From positions 26,660,001 to 26,724,000 of the forward strand of contig OX597828.1 of the NCBI GenBank assembly GCA_951406725.2: a stretch of 64,000 nucleotides of DNA, written 5' to 3'. Of this stretch, positions 54,857 through 64,000 are shown piece after piece; the first letter of the stretch is position 1; each line of letters starts with the position of its first letter. The notes beneath the pieces were generated by a model. The model did no database searches and was not told the origin of the DNA. It worked only from the letters and a program-made list of their open reading frames with translations. This DNA comes from Octopus vulgaris (lineage: Eukaryota). The position numbers and the translations under genes are program-made.

Positions 54857-55619
54857 CAAAAACAGTTTTGTCTTAGGAATTGCACAGTGACCAATGCCAC
54901 CTTAATAAAGTTAGTCATATATATGGGTGGAGAGTGGGGGTGGGGAGATTAACTTAGTGGGTGGTGCTATTTATATTGGTATTTATTTTGAATAAATATA
55001 AAGAATGAATATACTTAGATAAACAAATTCTTGAAAAAATACGGGGGGAAAAAAAGACTCCAAAAAATGGGCATAAGAAATATAGTATTCTGGTAATTTC
55101 TTTCAGGTTGTCTGTTATTCTTCTGTTGATGGTGATGGTAGTAGTCTTGGTGTTGGTGTAGCAGAAACCCCAAATATGAAAAAAAAAAGAGTAAAACAAA
55201 AAAAAAATTTAGTAAAATAATTAAATATAAATATATGAATGAAGATAGCTTTTTAACAAAGAAGCAACAAAAAATACAAAAGACTGCAGGAATTGCAAGT
55301 TTCCTCAGTGTTTAGGTAGCTGTCTGTCTATCTGTAAAAAAAAAAAAAAAAGATATGATTCGAAAAAGTGAAGAACAAGAGGAATAGAATAAATATTTTG
55401 GTAAAGTCTGTCTTTCTCTGTCTGTCTTTCTCTCTCCCTCTCATTTCATTTGTGTTGATGATTCAATTGTTACAAGTCCAATGCCTGGCTGTGATGGATG
55501 GGGAGAGGTTAAGTATGCCTTTGTGTGTGTGTGTGTGTGCGTGTGTGTGTATTTTTGTCCATGTATATATATGGATGTTAAAGGATGATGATATATGTAT
55601 GTATATAAATGCTTTAATA

Positions 55620-55900
55620 TGTGTGTATGCACAAAATATATATATATATACATACAAAGATATATATATATATATGCATACACACACATAAATATATATA
55701 TGCATACATACACATGCATATATATATATATATATATATGCATACATACACATGCATATATATATATATATATATATATGCATACACACACATAAATATA
55801 TATATGCATACATACTCATGCATATATATATATATATGCATACACACACATAAATATATATATGCATACATACACATGCATATATATATATATATATACA
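55620..55900. repeat. Microsatellite-derived minisatellite (tatatatgcatacacacacataaa / tatatatgcatacatacacatgca units)
   Basis: Alternating higher-order units visible directly. Confidence 0.85.
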
Positions 55901-56271
55901 TGCATTAACTAATATGCATATACATACTAGTATGCCTTAGCAGAATATTGCATTGTTAAGAAACAAGGTTAAGCCTAACACACATACACACACCCACTTC
56001 TTACTTATACATATTTATATACACATTATACACATCAATGTATAGAATATTCTATATGTATGTATTCATAGCATTCTTTATACTTCTGTTTATTGTTTGA
56101 TTTGTATATTGCTACGCTCACACATTTGTAGACATGCGTATGTATGTTTGTTCAGGTATATTGTATGTATGTGTAATCTCATACGCACATATATGGATGT
56201 ACGCGTATGTGATTCTTTGTGTGAAGTTGTGTGTACACACTGATGTGCATACTCTCACATATTCAAGCGTG

Positions 56272-56810
56272 TGTATATATATGTTGATATATATATATGT
56301 ATATATGTGTGTATATATATATATGTATATATGTGTGTGTATATATATATGTATATGTGTGTGTATATATATGTGTGTGTATATATATATGTATATGTGT
56401 GTGTATATATATATGTATATATGTGTGTATATATATATGTATATATGTGTGTATATATATATGTATATATGTGTGTATATATATATGTATATATGTGTGT
56501 ATATATATATGTATATATGTGTGTGTATATATATATGTATATATGTGTGTGTATATATATATGTATATATGTGTGTGTATATATATATGTATATATGTGT
56601 GTGTATATATATATGTATATATGTGTGTGTATATATATTTGTATATATGTGTGTGTATATATATATGTATATATGTGTGTGTATATATATATGTATATGT
56701 GTGTGTGTATATATATATGTATATGTGTGTGTATATATATATGTATATATGTGTGTGTATATATATATATGTATATGTGTGTGTATACATGTGTGTATAT
56801 ATATATATAC
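56272..56810. repeat. ~24-26-bp minisatellite gtatatatatatgtatatatgtgt(gt)
   Basis: About 20 tandem units by eye. Confidence 0.9.
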
Positions 56811-58246
56811 ACATACATGTGTGCATAAATATCCACATGTTTGAGCACATAATGGCACATGCACAAGAAAAGGTTGATATTGTCATGCGAATAGTAAGAG
56901 AGTCCATCTGCACACATTCACATACCTTCTCAAACATACACACACACACACACACATGAATGCACATATGCTCATCACTGCATCACAGATGTTGTTGTAT
57001 ATCTACTCACACACACACACACACGTGCACACACACATGCCATTCTATTCTTCTTCTTCAGGTTTCATTGTTTATTTCAAATATGTGTGTATGGGTGTGA
57101 AACTGTGCCTGATATTCATTGTTCATATCTCTCGAGATGACCCGATTAGCAGCTTTGCTCTTTGCGGGGTCCCAAAATGGCTCATTAGGCCAATATTGGC
57201 ATAAAATTCATGGTTATAACAGGGCCATTTGTTAGCAGAATCAGGACCCGGTAGGACTCTTGCTTTCTATGCAGTCCCTTTCTGATTCTGAGTACTGTAC
57301 TCCAAAGTCCACAGCCCTATGCCACAGCGAGCAAGATGTTCTCAGACTGTTCCCAGTTGCTCTATTTTGAGGTTGTCTTGATAGTGTCTCTCTATCTCTT
57401 TTTAGGTCCAACACAGGACTGCAAACCAACTGCTAGTCTCCTGAAGAAAATCTGTATAGGGAATTTGGAGTTAGGTACGCTACATGTCCATTCTGCCATA
57501 GCCGGAAGTTCCCAATACAAGTGTGCTCTCTCTCTCTCTCTCTCTCTAGCGCATTTGTATTGGGAACATCATTTGCCTCTTTATGTTGAGAATTTCATGC
57601 AAACCTGTTAGATGAAAGCAGTTAAGCAATTTTGCATGTCTTTGGTAAACTGCCAGAGTTTCATATCCATGAAATAGTGTAAACACCACAACAGATTTGT
57701 ATACGTCTTTTTAATACCAGTTACCTGAACGTAAGGAGTAAGACTAGAAGCATGACCACAAGAAAGCTCCCCATTGTGGTTGATTGGGCTCACAACAGGG
57801 TGTAGACAACTTTACTAGAACTTGTGATCACTTTGGTCTCACAATATCAAAAGGACCAAAGTCACAAACCAGCCTGTTCCTGGAAAACTTTGCATAAAAC
57901 CACTCCTGGCAATCAACAATCAGCCTCTCCAAGCTGTTGAGAGATGCACCTGCCTTAGGAACACACTGTCGAGGACTGTTCACACCGACAAAGATTGCAA
58001 AAGCCAACTCCACCTTTGGAGATTTTCAACACAAGGCTTGGAAAAGACCTGGTTTGGCTATAAGGACAAATCCTGACGTGTGTATATATATATATAAAAT
58101 AAATGTGAAAAAATATATATATATATAGATATATATAATATATTAATTATATATATATTATTTATTTATGTATTGGTTTATGCCTATCACTGTTTGAGTT
58201 GCATGATCGTGGTTTTATCTCTAATTCATATTTTATATATATATAT

Positions 58247-58409
58247 TAAAAGTGGGGAAAGCCGGTTTATAGGATTACCTTGGGTTTCCCATCCATACAA
58301 CGTTTAGCTAGGCCAACAGGTTTTGGGGTCTGACAATACGACATAAAGCTAAACCCTTTATGGACGGGATATCCAAGGTAATCCCATAAACCGGCCTTAC
58401 CCGCTTTTA
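58247..58409. mobile_element. Fold-back element (~65-bp imperfect inverted arms) in (TA)n
   Basis: taaaagtggggaaagccggtttataggattaccttggg...tttagct versus agctaaa...ccaaggtaatcccataaaccggccttacccgctttta. Confidence 0.8.
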
Positions 58410-58933
58410 ATATATACTGCTCTACATCTTAGAGTGTGCTTCTTCTTTTGGATTTATGTTTTCTACAGACTGTATAATATATTGCAAATATATTCTGTTT
58501 TTATTGTTATATTGGTCTAGAAGAAAAGGCTTTTCCTCAGCTTCAAGAATTTGGTCAATCATATTGATCCCGATGCTTATTTTACCAACCTCCATTTATT
58601 GAATATTTATTGAATGGTACAAGTCCTGAGTTGATGATAAGAGGGGCCAAGTTACACTTTAATATGAATACACACGCACACATAAACAAACGGGTGTGGC
58701 TGAGTGGTAAGAGTTTCCTGTTCACCTCTAGGAACAGAGAACAGCCCCCATACTTGTTCCATACCTGCCACCTCTGAGGAGAACAGTTTACTGCTGTGTT
58801 ACCTAACATCTGGTTATCTAATACCCAGTGTGAAACTGATTGGTGAGATTGGCTGAAATGGATCATAATACTCTATACTTCGATTTTATATGCTTACACA
58901 ATTATAGGTAACTCTGTGTCTCTCATATATTTA

Positions 58934-59207
58934 TATTGTATTGTGTCTGAGGAGAGTAATTTTCTTTTAGTGCCTTATTAATTTAACACACTCACTGGTC
59001 TGATTTCCACTCATTAACTTATTTATTTTTACTAAACTTTTTCTTGTGTCTTGCAACCTTTTCAATAGTCATTGACTATTGAAAAGGTTGCTAGTTGCAA
59101 TGAAAATTTTAGTAAAAATAAGTTAATGAGTGGAAATCAGACCAATGACTGTGTTAAATTAATAAGACACTAAAAGAGAATGACTCTCCCCACACACAAT
59201 AAAATAT
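58934..59207. repeat. ~270-bp near-perfect palindrome centred on 59072
   Basis: Centre gcaaccttttcaatagtca-t-tgactattgaaaaggttgc; arms continue to match out to attgtgt / acacaat. Confidence 0.9.
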
Positions 59208-60410
59208 GCTTCAACACACGAACTCACATAAAGAATCTTGTAAACCAAATGCAAAAATGAAATTATATATATACATATATATATATTTATACACACACAC
59301 ACACACACAATTATAGTTAGCTATAACTCTGAGTATTTGTATTATGTGTATAGTACAACTATATGATTTAAAGAAGAAAGATTTTGGTCAAACTGCTGTC
59401 TAAACACTTTCTGAATCTTTATACTCATTTTGCCAACTGTAAGGGCTGGAAGAAAATGAAACAAAGTCTCTTGCACAAGGACACATGTCTTTCAGTGTGA
59501 GAATTGAACCTAAGACTTTATGATTAGAAACCTAGCTGTGAGTCCCCCACCACCATCACACCTTTACTGGAATGTAAAGAGACTTTAGTAGACCTGGGTT
59601 GCAGGAGCTTCCTTTGCAAGACTAGTTTCAAGTTCTGTCCTGCTACAAGACACTTTTGGTAAGTGTCTTCTACTGCCACTGGTTGACCAATGTCTTGGGA
59701 GTGAATTTGGTTGATGGAATCTGTATGGGAACCTGTCTTCAATATGTGTATGTTCCTCACCACCACTTGACAACCAATGTTGGTTTGTTTACATCCCTGT
59801 AATTTTGCTGTTCAGCAAAAAAGATTGATAGAACAAGTACCAGACTTTAAAAATAATTACTCTTATCAATATGATCAACAGAACCCTTTCAAGGTGGTGC
59901 TCCAGTCTGACAACAAGTCCAGAGACTGAAGCATGTAAACCACAAAAGATTTGTTAGCAAGCAACCCCTTACAGGCTGTAAGGCAAAGTCAGCCTCAGCA
60001 AGATTTGAACTCTGAACAGTAGGGAACGTCGCTTAACTGTATTTATATAATAAGGCATTTCGTTCATTCCGACACTCTGCAGATTATTTCCAGCATCCGA
60101 TGCTATCCTGTGCTGTCCAAAATAATAAGGGTGTTGATAACGAGCAGGTAAATATCAACATTGACAGTAACATTAGCAACAAGAACAACAACAATTTTAA
60201 GAAACAATTTGAGAAGAAACAACAGAAGGGAAGCGGGGAGAAGCAGGGGTGATGTAGCGGGGGGTGGGGGTTGATTGTTTCTGTGATTAAGACTACAGAA
60301 TAAAAAAAAATCAAAATAAATTTTAAAAAAAAGGGTTCTGTAAGGCTCTTCATTTTGTTTGTTATCAATATATATATACTTTTACAAATATACATGTATG
60401 TATGTGTGTG

Positions 60411-60444
<34 letters not shown>

Positions 60445-60494
60445 CTTTTACTAATATATATCTGTGTGTGTGTATATATGTGTATATATGTATA

Positions 60495-60525
<31 letters not shown>

Positions 60526-60662
60526 ATATATGTATATGTGTGTGTGTGTGTATATATATGTATATATGTGTATATATGTATATATACTTTTAAAAATATA
60601 CATACATTCATTTGTATGTGCTCACATACATTCACAAACTTATATGTAGATGTGTACATATA

Positions 60663-60696
<34 letters not shown>

Positions 60697-60837
60697 CATA
60701 TTTATACACATAAACACTCAACCTCCATACACACACACATACATACGTACACATATATGAGTGTATAGATTTATATACATACACGTTACATGCCCATATA
60801 TACTCAGTGATTTTTGTGTATATTATGTAGGTGTCTT

Positions 60838-60882
<45 letters not shown>

Positions 60883-61896
60883 GCACAGAAATACACTCCC
60901 TCTCTCATACACACATAGTTGAACATATATATAAAATTCGAGATGTCTTTCACAGCTTGTATGCATATTACACACACACACACACACACATCATTCCTTC
61001 AATTCTTTCAAATGCTATTTGTCTACATAGTTTTGATGTTTTCTACAGAAAAAAAAAAAAAAAGGGTTTAGGGATTTTTCACCTTTTTTCTCTCTTTCCA
61101 TCTTTCAAAATTTCTCTCTCTCTTTGTTAGAATTTAAAAAAATAAAAAAAAAATAACAGCAACAACAATACCAAACATACAAAACATGAAAAACAAATAA
61201 AAAAAAATCAGACAAAAACATCAAATAAAAGAAAACAGCACTTCTGGAAATAAGAAAAAAAAAAAAAATTAAAAAAAAAATTAAATTGTTAAAATATTAA
61301 CAAAAAAGAAAAGACCTGCATTACTCTGTTTCTTTTTTCTTTCTGTCTCTTTCATGCACTTGCATTTTTTTTTAGTTTTATATCTTATATTTACATGTTT
61401 GTTTGTTTGTTTTTCTATGTATGTGTAAGGGAGGTGGATGAACAAAAGGGAGGGGGTAATGTTATGGTTGTAACAAGGAATACTTTATTTTATTTTTATT
61501 TTCTTTTGTTTCTGCTAATTTTTTTTTTTTTTCCTTAGTGTTGTTGTTAGTATTGTTGTTGCTATATTCTTACCCTTTGGGATTTGTGCCATCTGCAAAT
61601 TATTACGATAAGACCGTTTCCAGGATTGTTTACTTTTTCTTCCTGCCACAACGATGTTTCCTTATTTCGCTCTTGAACTCTAACCCCCACCCCTCCGCCT
61701 CCTTCCCACAGCTTTTCTTTGAAATTTCTTTTGTTTTGGGGATTTTATTTTCTTGTTTTGGTGATTTGGTTCGTTCCATTCCGTTTAGTTTTAAGTTTAG
61801 CTTCAGTTTGCTTTTTGGTTTTGGTGTGTCTTGGAGATTTTTTTTTCTTATTTCTTAGTTTGTTTTGTATATGTGTGTGTATATATATATATGTGT

Positions 61897-62316
61897 GTAG
61901 GTATATTTGTAAATGTACAAGTGTGTGTGTATAGGTATATATATAAATATACAAGTGTGTGTGTGTATAGGTATATATATAAATATACAAGTGTGTGTGT
62001 GTATAGGTATATATGTAAATATACAAGTGTGTGTGTATAGGTATATATATAAATATACAAGTGTGTGTGTGTATAGGTATATATATAAATATACAAGTGT
62101 GTGTGTGTATAGGTATATATGTAAATATACAAGTGTGTGTGTGTATAGGTATATATGTAAATATACAAGTGTGTGTGTGTGTATAGGTATATATGTAAAT
62201 ATACAAGTGTGTGTGTGTGTATAGGTATATATGTAAATATACAAGTGTGTATAGGTATATATGTAAATATACAAGTGTGTGTGTGTGTGTGTAGGTATAT
62301 ATGTAAATATACAAGT
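61897..62316. repeat. Minisatellite, ~12 copies of gtataggtatatat(g/a)taaatatacaa(gt)n
   Basis: Constant core with a variable-length (GT)n spacer. Confidence 0.93.
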
Positions 62317-62339
62317 ATATGTGATACGTTTGTCTGTAT

Positions 62340-62379
<40 letters not shown>

Positions 62380-63525
62380 CTGAGAGATACAGGCATCAGA
62401 TATCTATGCATGCTCAAACATACATACATTCATGTGTATCTATGTGCACCAAAAAATCTATTCATTCATTCATTCATACATACATTCACTAATTCATACA
62501 TACACCTGTTCAGTTTGAAGGTAGAGTTGCTGCATGTCCTTTGCTCTGATTGCTAAAGCAAACTATATACATATACGCATACTCTCATTCCTAGTTTTAT
62601 GTCTCTTAATATACATACACACGCACCCACACATGTGATCATTAAAGAAGGTGTATCAGTTATGAGAAGGGTGCCAGTTGACCCGATCACCAGAACACCC
62701 TGCTCTTGAAATTAACATGCATGTGACTGAGCACTCCACAGACACGCATACCCTCAATGTAGTTCCGAGGGAGATTCAGCATGACACAGTGTGACAAGGT
62801 TGTTTTTTTTTTAATTGTGGGTACAATTCATTCTTGCTAGCTGGGTGGACTGGAGCAAAGTAAAGTAAAGTGTCTTGCCCAAGGACACAATGCAATGCTA
62901 GGAATTGAACTCTTCAACTATATGATCCTTGAGCTGGATACTTTAGTCACTAAGCTCATAAACAAGGTTGAAACGGTCGGGGTAAATATGAAGATAGGAG
63001 CCTCTGCAGAAAACAATGGTGAACTATGTTGCTTGGAATTGCACGAATCCTCTGCAGAGTTCTCAAAATCAGAATGAAGTGAATTACCTTAGTCCAAACA
63101 CACACACACACAAACACAAGCTTGTACGTAGGTTCTGACTACCAAATCCACTGACAAGGTTCTGTGGTTGGCCTGGGGCTATAGTGGAGGACAGTAGCCC
63201 AAGATACTGCACAGTGGGACTGTACCTAAACAGGTGGTTGGGAGGCCAGCTTCTCAACCACACAGCCATGCCTGCACCTCTTTTATACATGCTAATGTGG
63301 AAGTTACATACATTGCATTTCCAGAATCGTTAAGGTACCAGGTGTCTAGTTGTGGCCCTTGCTTTTCTCTTGACTACAGCTGTTTTCTTCTTTCAAAATT
63401 TCTGCCCAAGTTGTGCTTATGTTAGGAATTATTGTTGAGCCTGGACCTTAGGATTCTATTTAACCTTTATGACACCAACCCACATGAGACCACCCCTACT
63501 TGTTTTATGATACAAGTTTCCTGTT

Positions 63526-63853
63526 GACTGGCCTCTGTGCTGGTAGCACGTAAAAAGCACCATCCGATCATGGCCGTTTGCCAGCCTGGCCTGGCCTCCG
63601 TGCCAGTGGCATGTAAAAGGCTCCATCCGATCGTGGCCATTTGCCAGCCTGGCACATGTGTCGGTGGCACGTAAAAAGTACCCACTACACTCATGGAGTG
63701 GTTGGTGTTAGGAAGGGCATCCAGCCGTAGAAACATTGCCAGATCAGACTGGGCCTGGTGCAGCCTTCTGGCTTCCCAGACCCCAGTTGAACCGTCCAAC
63801 CCATGCCAACATGGAAAGCGGATGCTAAACGATGATGATGATGATGATGATGA
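63526..63853 (+). mobile_element. RTE-tail repeat (family R) inserted in a P2-like MITE remnant
   Basis: Three tandem subrepeats, conserved 3' body and (GAT)n tail; flanks 63461-63525 and 63854-64000 resemble the reverse complement of 32145-32350. Confidence 0.85.
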
Positions 63854-64000
63854 TCTAGTTTAAAACCTTCCATCAACATTTCATATTCATGTTCCAGACA
63901 CCAGCTTGATAATGACAGTGTTATTTTAGTAAATTCTTCATTAACTTCAATACTAATTAAAGCAGAAGGAGTCTATTTCAACAGAAATAGGGGAAGGAAA

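Noticed and set aside
61538-61858. Hydrophobic 106-aa ORF after a T-rich acceptor-like site
   Set aside because: The hydrophobicity reflects low-complexity T-rich DNA; no convincing donor or recognisable domain.
29584-63879. Recurrent ORFs such as TDAGVF...AKETDRIST and GWTVQLGSGKPEGC...WMPFL
   Set aside because: They are translations of SINE family A and family R copies, not a protein family.

Overview
AT-rich eukaryotic DNA, most likely a cephalopod (Octopus-like); this is inferred from the extreme (TA)n/(CA)n/(TACA)n/(GATA)n density and the tRNA-derived SINE families, not from a database search. Almost all supplied ORFs are microsatellite or SINE translation artefacts. The window is mainly non-coding: microsatellite fields at about 0.5-19 kb and 55-62 kb, and a SINE/MITE/LINE-fragment-rich middle. 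It may hold the 5' end of a large + strand gene: candidate coding exons at 16848-16906 and 50115-50199 splice in frame into a signal-peptide-like N-terminus. Recognisable mobile elements are 3' ends of CR1/L2, RTE and HERO-like non-LTR retrotransposons, hAT- and piggyBac-like MITEs, Penelope-like pseudo-LTR structures and at least four SINE families. The most striking observation is that two sequence-unrelated elements (51609-51699 +, in the 3' UTR of the HERO-like element, and 53652-53724 -) each carry a complete hammerhead catalytic core with covarying helices, in a strand order matching none of the standard type I/II/III permutations. This suggests a pseudoknotted or dimer-forming hammerhead variant. 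All folds were worked out by eye and are untested.
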